A DNA stretch of 64,000 bases from Paramecium tetraurelia (Eukaryota): positions 124,001-188,000 of the forward strand of contig CT868007.1 of the NCBI GenBank assembly GCA_000165425.1, in the 5' to 3' direction. Positions 1-13,415 of the stretch are shown here, piece after piece (position 1 is the first letter of the stretch; each line of letters begins with the position of its first letter). The notes beneath the pieces were generated by a model that was not told where the DNA came from, ran no database searches, and saw only the letters and a list, made by a program, of their open reading frames with translations. The translations under genes and the position numbers were made by a program.

Positions 1-5
1 TAAAG

Positions 6-1082
6 TCAAATTAATTCCAGTGTTATTGAAATAAAAATAAATAATTTAATGAAATTACATTATAAATCACACACAAAGCAAATTTTAGGTAGTTATAACA
101 TCAGTTATATGATAAGAGTTTCTTTAGACACCAGAGTCTACAAGAACAGTCTTCATTTTCATCATAGAGATTTAGCAACAAATGTATTTTAATTTATTTG
201 ATTTGTTCTGAGGTGTATGATGAATTTAAAATGTTCAAGGTTGAATCAAATGTTTCAAAAGTACAATTTAAATTAGTGAATTCTCCATTGAATTTAAGTT
301 GAAATGTCAATTCTAGGATAATTACATAGATAAATACTTGAATCTTCTTTAACTTATGAAATTTGAGATAAATCTGCATGATTAACTTCATACAAATTAT
401 CTGTTTCTATTTCTGTGATAGTTTAATCATTAGATGGTTGCTTCATAAATTCTGTGAAATCGTTTTCAATAGATTCCACTTCTGTGTTATCTGATTATTC
501 AACCTTTTCAATTTGGGGTTCTTGAGATGACTGTATTTGTTTTTGTTGTACTTTTTCTTTCTTTTTATGAGAGATTTGCTTTTTCTAGGTTTACTTTTTG
601 ATTATTTTTAATTCTTTAATGCTTTCTTAACATTGAAATGAGGAATGAGGTTGAGGTATTTTATCGAATTGCAATTTTTCATAATATGATGAAAACAACC
701 TAAAGAGTTAGTATGTTAGGACTATCAATTGCAAGTAGATAGATATCATATTGAAAGTTTTGGGTAAAAAGAGACTAAGGAATAGATAAGTGAAAATACT
801 TTAAATTTTAGATGATAACGGATGTGGAAACTGCAATTGAATTAGTAAGTTGAAGCTTATTTGAAGTATCAATAAATGTGAGTGTAAAAAAGGCAGCAAG
901 CAAATTCAAATACTGGAATTAGATGATATATTTACTTGGTTTGATTAGAAAATGGGAGTTAATTTTGGATGTGATATCATTTAGTTGGAATCCCAAAATT
1001 CCATAGGTTGATTCTCATATATTTGGAGTAGGGAGTTTAATGTTAAGAATGAAACTGTTGCTCTTAAAGCTGAAAGAGACAT
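6..1082 (-). CDS. Hypothetical protein (multi-exon; 3' end uncertain)
   Basis: Code-6 frame from ATG 1082 (MSLSALRATVSFLT...). Tiny GT..AG introns, e.g. gtatttatctatgtaattatcctag. K/E/Q-rich middle; no recognisable domain. Confidence 0.45.
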
Positions 1083-1163
1083 AAATTAATTAAAACAAAA
1101 AGTATTTGAAAATCCAATTAAAAATATCTTGCATTTATATTGATGAATATAATAACTTCTTAT

Positions 1164-2465
1164 TCAGGCATTCGAACAAGCTTAGTTACTAGGCCAATCT
1201 ACTGAATCTATATGATTATCTAGATTTCCAACATTGAATTGTACTAACCACTATCTCAGACTCTTTTGAATAGTAAACCCGGATTTTGCTGGGACTTACC
1301 ATGAACTTGATTGATAATATGATGTTTATAAGAAACTAATGTAGATTCTAATGACATACCAATGTTCTAGACAGGCTGGTGCAAAAGAACCTGAGTCTCT
1401 GAAGATCGACTTTCTTCCTGACACTACAGTCTGTATGTTCGTATGCAATTCTTCAATATACTTCCTTTCTTTCTAAGAACAATCTGATAGAGAATTCCCA
1501 GAAGCACAGGATATTTTTAAAAGACCTTCGATACTGGCAGAATCATATAAGGAATTGACAATGAAGATGGGGACATTTACATATCTTGAAATTTGAATTG
1601 ACAACGTTCATACCTAAGTAAATATTGAGCATAGAAGCATTTCCAAAGTTCATTTGGATTGCTCTACACACATTCAGTATTTGGATTGCTGACTTCTTGG
1701 TTAACCAATTTCAACAATTCAAACAATGACAATTTGAACCCTTCAGTTCCATCAAAGGACTTCATATCAATAAAGATTCCAGAATCAGGGACTCCCAATA
1801 CTTTCACATTCAAAGGCAAAACACCTCTAAAATAATCTACCCAGTAATATGCCGCCAATCCTCCTGCTGAACACCCTGAGACAATCACTGTGGAACCTCT
1901 AACCATTCTTTCATAGAATTCGTTAATAATGGATCTCACTATTCTATCTCCTCTGAAATACAATTTCTTGCCATTGTAGACTGAAGCATCCTTCCTGTAA
2001 CCTTAATGACCTAAAGAAAATTCTCGAAGATTTACCTGTGCCATCACAGTAATTGATGTTGATGATATTCCAATTGTAGAAATCTGGATTGGAAGATTGT
2101 GATCTAGAGAAGAACCCATCATAAGTGATCTTCGGGTCATTGTATTTCGAGCTCCCCAATTATGTCTCAGATCATAATCTATATAGATCATACCTTTTAT
2201 AGGCTGAGTTCAACAACTACTATTCGTTAAATCCTTGAATCCAACTATTTTGATATATACAGAGTCATACGCTCCTCCAGTAAAATGAAATATGTAATTG
2301 TCTGATCCAGATCCGTACCCTTCAGCAAAATAATAAGACTTAAATATTTAATCGTAGTACTCCTAGCGAACCGTCCAAACACAATGCTTCAGGATCACTC
2401 ACAAAATAGAGATCTTGTGCGAATGATGCAACTAAAAGGCAGAGTGTAATCAATGTTAATTTCAT
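1164..2465 (-). CDS. Secreted pectin acetylesterase / Notum-family carboxylesterase
   Basis: Signal peptide MKLTLITLCLLVASFA, then CLDGS, NPDFYNWN..INYCDG..HQG and the nucleophile elbow GCSAGG. Ends at TGA 1164-1166; several ~25 nt introns. Confidence 0.9.
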
Positions 2466-2515
2466 AAAGAAAATAATTAAATATGTGGCAAATTGTATAT
2501 TTAATGTACTTTAGA

Positions 2516-2751
2516 TCATCTTAATCTTCTGGCTTCTCTTTCACATTCCATAAGTTCCAATGTGTCACCTTTTCTGACTGGTCCCATTACGTTTCTAATC
2601 AATGTTCTTTATTAGCCAACCAATTGAACCTTAACTTATGTAATTCCACCTCTAGAACCTGCATTCAATATTTATAATTTCTACCTGTTCTTCCAATGAT
2701 TTCGATAACTGTGGCTCTTGTACCTTCTACTCTATCCTTAGTTGAATCCAT
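2516..2751 (-). CDS. RPS28: 40S ribosomal protein S28 (eS28)
   Basis: [69 protein letters not shown]. One 26-nt intron; Gln encoded by TAA. Confidence 0.97.
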
Positions 2752-2848
2752 AATATGAGCTTATCTAATTTTTTAATTAAATGATTTAAATAATTTCCTT
2801 ATTTCATACAAATATATACAAATTCCTATCAAAACTAATTAATCCATC

Positions 2849-3554
2849 TCACTTCCCACTCCTATAAGCATTACTTCCACACCCTTTCGATTAAATAAAG
2901 CTTATAGAACTGTTCTATTATCTAAAATCACTTGGATCCGATGTTTCTGCCTTCCTTCTTGCTTCGCATCTTCCTCCTTGTTCAAATTATTATCTCTTAT
3001 CCTACTTTGTAATTACTAATTGATACCTCATAATTAGAACTCTCCTTTTCAATATCCAATTTCTCAATTGATAGTTTGCTTCTCAACTCACTAATAACTA
3101 TTAGAGTTCCTTCTTAATTATATCTCTCCAATTCTTTTTGGGATAGCTTATTCTACTCATTTTATTGCTATTATTTTAAGAATGCCAATTTCATCTATTG
3201 CAATTATTCAACAACTTTTTACAATACTACTAATTCGAACATGGTTGTCTTGAATATACTCTAATTTATCTATCCATGTTCTATATTCTAGAATTATTTG
3301 ATTTTCTAATTTGCTTAATCTAATTAATTTCGTAATCTTTCATTTTCATTTTATAACAATTTCACTTTCTGTTTAAGCATTTCTATTTCTCCAATTTACT
3401 AATTTGATATCTAACTGCATTAATCGCGACTTGAATCTCTGAAATTTGATACGATCCTCTGATTTGGAGAGTGAGATCGTTAAGATCTATTTGTAGAAGT
3501 TTGGTTCGAGTTTGATACAATTTATTACTGTGGAATATTAAATGCTTTTTACAT
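2849..3554 (-). CDS. Hypothetical coiled-coil protein
   Basis: ATG 3554 (MQKAFNIPQQ...), Q/E/K-rich helical sequence, TGA at 2849-2851. Confidence 0.6.
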
Positions 3555-4019
3555 TAATATATATAACAACATTAACGCATTTAATTTAATAAAAGATTTT
3601 CTATTAAACTTGAAGGCAGCTTATATTTACTTTAATTTAACTTCAATCATTAGATGATTATTGTTGAATCTAAATTGTAGGAAGTATTCTCTAAACTATA
3701 GGATTTTTACTAAATATAATAAATGAACTACAACCAAAATATTGCAGCCTAAATTTGAAATAGATCTTAAATAACCAGATATTCAATTAAAAACACAATT
3801 TTTCTATCTAATTTTCACTCTACTTTGTAGTGAACATGGTTTCTGTTTTCTTAAATTATATTATTATAATACCAATTCACTCTAAAAGGTTGAATATATG
3901 ATACGAGGGAGGTTATATTGAATATGTATTAAAGTGAGATTTAACTTAACAATCAATTTACGATATTATATGTAGATTAAACATATCAACTTTCATCAAT
4001 TTTTTATTTGATTATTTAT

Positions 4020-4881
4020 ATGTCTGAAAGATCAGTGTTCGCCTCTGATTATTATGAATTAAAGCATGTCAAAGCCATAGATTATACACATACTTCAAAC
4101 TTCAAGAAAGGAAGAACCATCTTATTTCATAATAGGGATGAACCACAGAATGATTTAAACAAATGCAATCTAAGCTGTGATTGCTCAGAATGTGGATAAT
4201 TAATTGGATTCTCCTTGAAAGTACATAGAGAATTACCTCTAAAAGAAACAAGGTATTGAATCATATATGTTTTCAGAAATCAAAAGAAAAGAAGAATCTT
4301 CAGGAAATTTAAAGCTGTAGGAAATGCCATCATTTTCATTCTGATGTACAAAATGGAAGCAATTAAAAGAATGAAAAAGAAAATGCATCTCCTTAAAGCA
4401 GTTCGAAACCTAACTGTACGAAGACCTGCTCTTGCATAATAAATGCAGTTATTACCAGTTTAATAATCAATTAAAATACCATAAAGGTGAGTACAATAAA
4501 TAATACATTCTTAGTCATGATGAACAATTAGAAGAAACAGTGTCTATTCATCCCTTCCAACCTTTCTAGAAGGGACCAAGATAAAACAAGATATCTATCT
4601 ATATGCAAAAGATGTTAAAGGATGTATAACCTAAAAAAGAAATCGTATTGAAACCATTAAATATTGTGAATAATGCTTTTGCTAAAGGAAACAAAAAGAG
4701 ACACGTAAAGTGCAATTCCGAATCATCTTTATCTCAATTTAATTGTTAAACACAATTCAAACCTTTTTGTGAAACTAATAGAACATAGGCAACTAATTTT
4801 TATTAGAGTAACAAGAAAGATATTTTGAAATTGATAGACATTATGAAGGTAAAACACAGAGTTATTAGAGTAAAAAAATGA
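4020..4881 (+). CDS. Hypothetical basic protein (CxCxxC plus RKFKAVG motif)
   Basis: MSERSVFASDYYELK...CDCSECG...RRIFRKFKAVGNAIIFIL. Two short introns; TGA 4879-4881. Confidence 0.65.
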
Positions 4882-5047
4882 TAATTAATTTTCTATTTAT
4901 TTATTCACTCATCTGTATTTTAAGAGAAGAAAATTAAAATTATGAATTATCTAGAATCTTATTATTACTGATCATAGTCACGTGAATAACTGAGATTTAA
5001 AGTATTTAAAAATTAATAAAATTTATTGTTCTTATTTAATTAATAAT

Positions 5048-5994
5048 ATGTCTCAAATTCAATACGATTTCGTCTTTTAGGCAAAGAGGAATTGAGATAA
5101 GTTTTTAAATTAGCCATACCATAAAGTAAATAAGCAACACAGTCTGGTAAAATAGTAGTAGATAGAGTTATCGAAACAATATAACCTTCTTCACATGTTC
5201 ATTAAATTGATTGTCATCCAATATGCATGAACTAGCACTAATCGTTTCCGATAACCTATTAACCATATGTGATCGTGGAAGATCAACCAATTCCAAAAAG
5301 GAATTCAAAAACCAAGAAGAAAAAATGTATCAGTGTAATATAAGAACATTTTCAAGTGTAAGAAACTGTATGTAGGAATATAAAGTGAGTGGAGTCACCT
5401 AAAATGAATATTAAAAAAGAATTGACTCATTTAGAATTATTAATAAGAAAAATTACAGTTAAGGGAAACCTTAATAAATCTTAGAATATAATATAAGTGT
5501 TTCAGAAGTAGATAAGCCTAAAGATAAGACTGAAATTATTGCTATGCTCCAAGCTCTTAAGCTTCAATCTATCTAATTACTATAAAACATAGATTTTTAA
5601 TTATGAAGTGGTTAAAGAGGTGATTAAAGAAATAAATAACCAACTGAAATCAAATCAAAATCCCATAAGACAAAGAAGTCACTGTAAGTAAGAAAGTACC
5701 AGTCTATAAGGAAATTCCAGTAGAAAAAACAGTCAATATTTACAAGGACATCTCAGTCTATAATGATAATACCAGTATATCATGATTGCCTTTCGAGATG
5801 TTACTATTTATTAAAATGTTCCAATTTACAAAGAAGTACCATCTTATTCAGATCCAGTTGATGTTTATAGAGAAATTCCTAAATAAAGAATTACAGATAA
5901 TATTACTGAAATACCAAAAGTAATTAAAACATCAAGTAGAATAATTTCACAAAGATAATATGAGAGATCTTATATTGGATTGCTAAGAGAATGA
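5048..5994 (+). CDS. Hypothetical protein
   Basis: Code-6 frame from ATG 5048 (MSQIQYDFVFQAKEEL...) to TGA near 5992-5994. Frame not checked throughout. Confidence 0.55.
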
Positions 5995-6170
5995 TTAAAC
6001 CATTTTATATTATCAGAAAATGATATAATTAATTTATTATATCATTTAAAATTTAAATTATCATAATAGTATTAATCTCTTATACAAATTGATAATTTAA
6101 ATTAATGATTTCTTTATTATAAATGTTTAGATTTGAGACTTATTATTAAAAGTATATATATAATATCTAA

Positions 6171-7577
6171 TCATTTTTAAAGCTTAAGATTTCTCAAAGC
6201 TCTTCTTACAGATGGGTGAGTTTCAGAGAAATAAATTAAGTAAATGGAGATAGCCCTATCTAAATCATTTTTGGCATTTATATTCTATGCAATTTTGGTC
6301 ATCGCTAGATTATTCAGAATTTGTGCTTCAATCAAAGTTGATTTCTCTGTAATCTAACTCAACGATATTTCGTATAACTCCTATGCTTTTTTATACTCTC
6401 CCAAATGATAGCAACTACTGCCCAAATAATTAATGGTTAAGATTTAGGAGAGTCTTTCTTTTGGATATTGAATCTTAATGTCATAAGCAGCATCGAAATA
6501 CTCAATGGCATCTTCAAAGTCATGATTGAAATAGTGTATTTCTCCAACCGCATGGTATAATTGACCCATAATGAAGGAATCTTATTTGATAATCTTTTTG
6601 ATTTCTTCAATCGCCTTCATTCCCAATTTAATAGCTAAATCATGATTACCCAGATGAGCATAAACTATCCCAATATAGGATATTGTCAAGGAGATTTCAA
6701 TTTTTAATTGATAGATTTCATAGATTACCAGTGCCTACACATAATAATCAATAGCTTTTTGATAACTAAACAATTGTTGGCAATTCTGACCCACTCTCAA
6801 GTAGATTTTGGCTAATAAGATTTGATCCTTAATGATGAATAATCTTAGGCATTTTTCAAAGTTCCTGAAATTATATGATTAAATGTTAACTTTTTTCCTT
6901 GTTGATATTGACTTATTCTAGATTAAAGCAACCCTAATATTAGGAGTGCTTCTACGTAAATTACATTAAGTAGATTACTAGTTTGAAGATCCTCAACCAT
7001 TTATTCTATCTCCTAAATGAGTTCTGTAAATTATTTCTATATAAATATTTTGAATATATTGATACAATAGCCAATTCGACTTATCCTTCCTATTCATTTG
7101 CTATACCTTTTTGCAACATTTGGTATAGGTTCATTAGTGTTTCGTCATTCTATTCCTTGACTTGGGGACTTAAGATTTTATTGAAATCAGTAATTGTTTG
7201 TCTGGGAATGAAAACTAGAGAATCTCTAGAAAATAAGCAATGCTATTTTTGAATAGTCTCCGCCAACTTTTCGCATTAATCATTAATACTGCAATCTCTG
7301 GATTATTCAAATTGTTTATTCTCAATTTTACTAATCTCACTCACTTTTTGTTACTCCTCCTCTTCCAGAGTATTTTGAATCACTACTTGAGAGTTGTCAA
7401 TATCTAATACTCCGGGAGTCTTGAATTATAAGTAAATTATACGATATATTCTGTTTACATAAGAAATTTGTCAGTGCATCTTTTCTGAAGAAACACTTGA
7501 TAACCTTGTTTAATGTAATCGTTTATAATTCTTAGAATTTCTGTATCATTTTTGCTTGAGATTTCTACTTCATTCAT
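6171..7577 (-). CDS. Tetratricopeptide repeat (TPR) protein
   Basis: Repeated TPR-like helices: YIGIVYAHLGNHDLAIKLG, HAVGEIHYFNHDFEDAIEYF, YYLGSSCYHLGEYKKAQELY. Confidence 0.8.
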
Positions 7578-8044
7578 TATTTAATTATTTTTAAATTATT
7601 TATGATCAAAATCCCTACTCTAAACAGCCAGTTAAAAGTAAAAATCAAAGACTTAAATTGGTTACTCCACATTAACCAAGCTAATCTTACTTTTTCTCAG
7701 AATATAAGAATTGCCACTTGATAGGGAAGGGAGATAATTATTTTGAAAATTTTTAGAATTTGACCAATATAAAAATTAAATTTTGATATATATAAAAATA
7801 TAATCAATCCAAATGTTTAAGAATTCAATGACCCCAAGAGATTTAATTCGTACTTACCTTTTGAAACTGGATTCATGATCGTTAATCGTTCAATTTTCTT
7901 AGATGACATTTAAGATAACAAATATATAAGTTATATTGAATGATTGATGAAGCATTAACACTTTGATTTTTTAATAATTTCTATATAAAATGTCACATAT
8001 TAACAAATAACCTGGAATATATTATTTAGTTACTTGTTTTTAAA

Positions 8045-9170
8045 ATGAATCCTAAGGGGGAGCTAAAAACTTGTACTGTTACACGTATATGATTATTTTT
8101 AGAAATAGAAATATATTAGAAATAACTTGGGCTTGGATTATCCTGATTTCAGGATTAATTGTTTTATTCAAAAGATATTAAAAACATAAGGATATCACTC
8201 GATTCAATCGTAAATAGATTATAGTTACAATCATGGTTATAAATATGTGTGGTAATAAATTTAGCTATATTCAGCATATTTATCATATCAATGGTCATAT
8301 GAAAGTGCCTTACTATATTTTCCAGAGTATTACTTCTAATACATCTTTTATTGTTATACCATCTATTACTTCGGTAGAAAATCAATTATTTTGGGAATGC
8401 TGAATATGAGAATGGATGTTTCATCTTAGGATATTGATCCTATTATTTAACTAAAATTGTCCAAATTGTTTTGCATAGGATTATGTTCCTTTTTTACAAT
8501 AATCTTCATAATGAATTATGTTTAATACTTTTTTATTGTTAGTGACAATAATGAATACGATTTATGTTCAGGTATATAAAATTAATATAATTTAGCCAGC
8601 TTTTTCAATGTAGTTACAACAGTTGGATTCTTTATGCAAGGTCTTTTCATTTTGTAAGTTAAATAATTGTCAAGATAAGTCAATAAAAATTTGAGAGCCT
8701 AAAAATTTGATGATCCGATGATGAAATTGAAGGAGTAGATTCAAAAGAATTAATCATCCTTATGGATTCTAGTGATCTTCTGTTTTTTTGGTTCATTTGC
8801 CAATTTCATGTAGAATGTCTATTTTGTCTCTAAGAATGCTAAGTACAAAGATAATGTAGGTTATTTCACCTGTTGGTATGTCAATGTAATTCATTATTTA
8901 TTAAAAAGTTAAGTAACGCGATTTGGAATAATTGTCTAAATGCATTAATAGGAACGACAATAAAGTTTTTTGATTTCTTTTTACCTTATTTTTTGGCTAT
9001 AAAAACTTTTTGGTATAATTCAAATGAATAGCAATTGTTTGTATTGAATTTGTCTTAATCATAAGAATACATCTAATTCTGATTAAAATGAAGTCGAAGT
9101 CTACGAATTGTAACTGTCCAATAATAAATCCTAATAAACACCCACATAACATATTTAAGAAGATTAATGA
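8045..9170 (+). CDS. Putative seven-transmembrane protein
   Basis: About 7 hydrophobic segments after removing short introns, from ILEITWAWIILISGLIVLF to IKFFDFFLPYFLAIKTFW. Polar C-tail; TGA 9168-9170. Confidence 0.65.
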
Positions 9171-9297
9171 TTAATAATATTATTATATTCTATTTATTTA
9201 TTATCAATATTTAATAAATCTCAATATTAATACATTAAATAACAATATTAATATCATCCTCATATAATTATATAAAGATAAGTTGAACACTTTTGAA

Positions 9298-10446
9298 ATG
9301 ATGAAAAGCATTCCTTATAATTAATAACTCTAAGATCTATTCTTAACAATTGTTCTGGTTTGGCATTACTTCCATGCCAAATCGCTATTTTTTAGTAAAA
9401 GACAAAGTGATTGATTAAATTGTATTATTAATTTACTAAATTAATATTAGGAAATAAGATTAAGTGGAATGCCAAAAGAAAGATTAAAAGAATAAGAGTT
9501 GAAATAAAAGATTTTAGAGTTAGAGGAATATATCAAAACCTTTGGACCTAAGTTTTCATAAATCAAAGAACTTTATGAATATTGGTAAAGGCTTTTGAAA
9601 GATAATATACACAAGAAGTCTTAGAACTTTTTTAATTAAAAGTTCCTTCACATATTTACATCTAATTAAAAGAGGAAAAACAAAAATTAATTGAAAATAT
9701 TTAAAAATAGCTACAGAAATAAAACTTATTGCCATTCATTAATAATATTAGTGAATTTAAACATAAGTTAATTGTTTTAGTGAATAATAATAATATAAAT
9801 TCAAAATGAATGAATTATAAATTTTTGAAAATTATCGATGCCTATATCATCAAGTTTAATTTTTGAATAGTTTAATAAAACAAAATGATCAAGAATAGAA
9901 ACTAAATATTCATGTACTATATTAATTAGACAATTTTCATAGAATCACATTTTGAATAGAGTAAAATAAATTTTGAATTTGAAAGATTAAAATTATATGA
10001 GGATGCAAGAAATTTTGACTTTAAATGTAATTAATTGCTTAGAAGACATATTAAAGTTAGAGTCATCAGAAATAAGATTATTATATTCGAATATCAAAAT
10101 TTTAGTAGAATATTTAATTTATTTAAACGAATTCATTAGTTAATAAGCATAATAAGTATTACTTGGAGACGTAGTGATTGACATTCAATTGATGAATAAA
10201 TAAATAGAAGAATGCATAAAAAAGTGCAATCTTATAAATACAAAACATAAGCATTTCTTTGAAGAGTATAATGAATTGTAAGAAATTATAAGCAAAACAA
10301 CAAACAACATTAATGAATCATCATAATTATTAATAGCAATAATTGAGGAAATCAAAGAATAACACTTAATAAACGAAGTATAGAGGAAATGCTAATCAAA
10401 GAATGAGGATACAATCAAAAATCTCGAGTTGTAATTGTTAGAATGA
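9298..10446 (+). CDS. Hypothetical coiled-coil protein (start uncertain)
   Basis: Long E/K/Q-rich code-6 frames with short introns, ending at TGA 10444-10446. Confidence 0.5.
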
Positions 10447-10481
10447 TTTTTATATATCTGATAATGTATATTTTAGATTTC

Positions 10482-10913
10482 TCATTCAAAATCTCTACCA
10501 CATAATGGTTCATTTTCCCAACAAGCAAAATTGCCATTCCATCTACCTAAATTAGCAACTTTGTTTCTGCTGTTAGTGACATAATTTAAATAGGGTTGTG
10601 TTCTAATTAGTAATGATCATACTTAGGAGTAGTGAATGCATGTCCTTATCTTCTATAATATTAAAATTCATTGATTGCAATTCCAACAACAAAGGCTGCA
10701 CCACAATACCACATTGACATATTTCGAATCAAACTAGAAAGAAAATCTATTAGATTAATACTTAGAAACAAGTAGATTTCTGAATGAAGATCTCCAAACG
10801 AAATCAAATGGGTTTTGAGTGATTCCATGATCAAAATCTATAGGTACTCTGTGATTTAAGACTCTTCTAGAGAAGTTGTACTTTCCTACAAAAAAGTTGG
10901 ATGGTTCACTCAT
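10482..10913 (-). CDS. Small single-pass membrane protein (~127 aa), possible mitochondrial respiratory-complex subunit
   Basis: MSEPSNFFVGKYNFSRRVLNHRVPIDFDHGITQNPFDFVWRSSFRNLLVSNLIRNMSMWYCGAAFVVGIAINEFQYYRRQG...WENEPLCGRDFE*. Two introns. Confidence 0.7.
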
Positions 10914-11209
10914 TTATTTTTATTAAAATAATAATTACTAATTTACAAAACATTTATCAATGAATACAAAAGATGAATACTTTATTATAAGATATATATT
11001 GTTTAACTAAAATTTAATAGACATTACAGAATATAATATGTGAATTGATATATGAGGATAATAAATATAAATTGAACTGATTTCTTAAGTTCAAAGGATA
11101 TTAATTAAGTGAATCATTTAAATGATTACATAGTTATTATAAATCTATTTAGATAGTTAAAAGGAATGATATAATATTTGTTTGGAATAATTTAATATTA
11201 ATTTATACT

Positions 11210-11911
11210 TCATTTTAGTTATAGCTTTTGTAAGACTTCTAATTCAGAGTAAATATAGATAGGCTATTACGATTTGATAATTATTTTTTTCCCATTTTTT
11301 TGTTGCATACATAGGTCATTATCAAATAGTTATACTGAAAAGGCAAAGACTGGAGTTTCTAGTTTGGATTCAGGTTCCATTTTCATTTATTAATTTCTTT
11401 GAATTAGTTTTTTATACATCATATAGGTAAGAGTTGCTTTAGTGAGTCTTTTTCTTTTTTCTTTTAATATTTCTAAATTAGTTCGAACTTACTCTTTTTA
11501 TTTATTTACTTCTTCTTTGTCTTTTTATTCATGAAAGGAGATTTGTTTCTTCTTGTCTTTCTCAAGAACTCCCATGGCTACCATTACATTGATAGCATCA
11601 TACACTCTCCTTTTTAAGTTTTGTATCTCCTTTCTTCTTTCAGTACTTTGCATTTTTTGAAGTTCATTTTGCAATTTTTCAATAAGAATATTGGCTAATA
11701 TCTTGTAGTTAGTGCTTTTTAAATCTTTAACTAGTGTTTTTATTTGAAAGCTAAGTCCTTTGAGACTCCAAATAGATTTACTTTTTAGTTTTTCAGATTC
11801 TGAAGTCTCAGTAATAATAAATTCAGAGTCAGATTCTTATTTAGAGGAATCTGATTGCATATCTTCACCAACACATTTGGATAACCTTCTCTAAGATCTT
11901 TTCATTATCAT
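11210..11911 (-). CDS. E2F/DP family transcription factor (DP-like)
   Basis: Winged-helix signature LKGLSFQIKTLVK...QNLKRRVYDAINVMVAMGVLEKDKK (DEF box), followed by a coiled coil. Confidence 0.88.
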
Positions 11912-11951
11912 AGAATAGAATATATTAAGAATTAATAATTTTAATAATTAA

Positions 11952-13389
11952 ATGGATAATTAATTAAATCGGTCGAACACAGTTAATATTGATATTAGTT
12001 GTAAGTCTTTCAAATTTATTGGCAAGCATACAAGATAGCATCAACAATTGATACTATTAAAGAAACTTAATTAGAAAGAAAGAGAAACCGATCAAAGCGC
12101 AGACTTCATGCAGCTTCCTTTCATGTAGGGAAAGATGTTTAGAATAATTAGGAAAAAGGAGAAAAACAAAGACAAGAAGATCATTCATTGGATTAAATAA
12201 GAAGAAACTATGTACAAAAGATGAAAGCATTCCCTAAGATTGATGCTTATAAACATCTCAAAGGTTATTTACAGTTATAGGATCAAGAAGTTAAGAGAAT
12301 CAAAAACAACACAAATTAGTTGTCATTTGGAACTCTGTACCCTTAGAATGAGTAGGAGGAGAATTAATTATCAAGTTTCTTGGTTGGTACTTCACCAATA
12401 AGAAGAAACTATTCGAATAATCGATATGTATCGGAGAGTCCTGCTAGATTTCTTCATAATTAAGCCATCCCAAATTTGGATGAATACTTGAAGGATAGAA
12501 GGGCTCGCAAATTAATAAGATAGACAATAACAAAAAAAGAGGTAGTCTCATTAATAAATATGGATTTTAGCAACTCGAATAATAGATCTAAGATCTGGAA
12601 AATAAAAAGTTTAAATTACATGAGAAGACTCAGGACCCTAGAAATCTAAGTTTGAATGAGTTGATTGAAAAATAAGTTCATAAGTACATCCCTTATAAAT
12701 TTGATGCTAGAGTAGATACTCGAAAATTGTATAATCTATGAGTATTATTTAGAAATACAGAGAAAATCATTAAATCTTCTGAAGAGGTCCCCATGACTAT
12801 GTTAAAAGAAAAGTTATTGACAGACAACATTAAGACTAATGGTGAAATGTTTAGCAGTATTAATCCATTGTAGTTATAATTGTATTCTATAACGGACAAG
12901 ATCCTGTAATTCCATAAATCAAAATGTAATTTTTTTAATATTAAAGAAAAGTACAATTCTGACATGATAAAATCTTTGTAAAAGAGTGATCACAACAGGA
13001 GACAAACTTTGTTCCATAAACACATGGTTTATCATTAAGAATAACAATATGCTAGTAGTTAAAAGGATTTATTTTATGTACAATAAGAATTAATGTCAAA
13101 CTTGAATTAAAGAATAAATTATAATGAAAATTTGACTAAGAAATTCCAAAAGTTAATCACCATTTTGAGAGATGGACAGATTGAATTAGAAGAGGATGAC
13201 TTATCCATTTTGAATGATCTCAGATATATTATACTTAAAGGAAGAAATTTAAGTGATGAAGACTTCTTAGAGTTACTAAGGTTAAGAAACTTTACGATTT
13301 CTTTGAGTTGTTTAGAATTGATTGTGAATCACCTTTTTCCAAATAGCAAAAATGATATAATCAAAGAATACAATGAAAATCATTGTTGA
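11952..13389 (+). CDS. Hypothetical protein
   Basis: ATG 11952 (MDNQLNRSNTV...). The C-terminus matches track ORF 13132-13389, ending in TGA. Confidence 0.6.
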
Positions 13390-13415
13390 TATAATATTTA
13401 TAGATATTTATTCAA

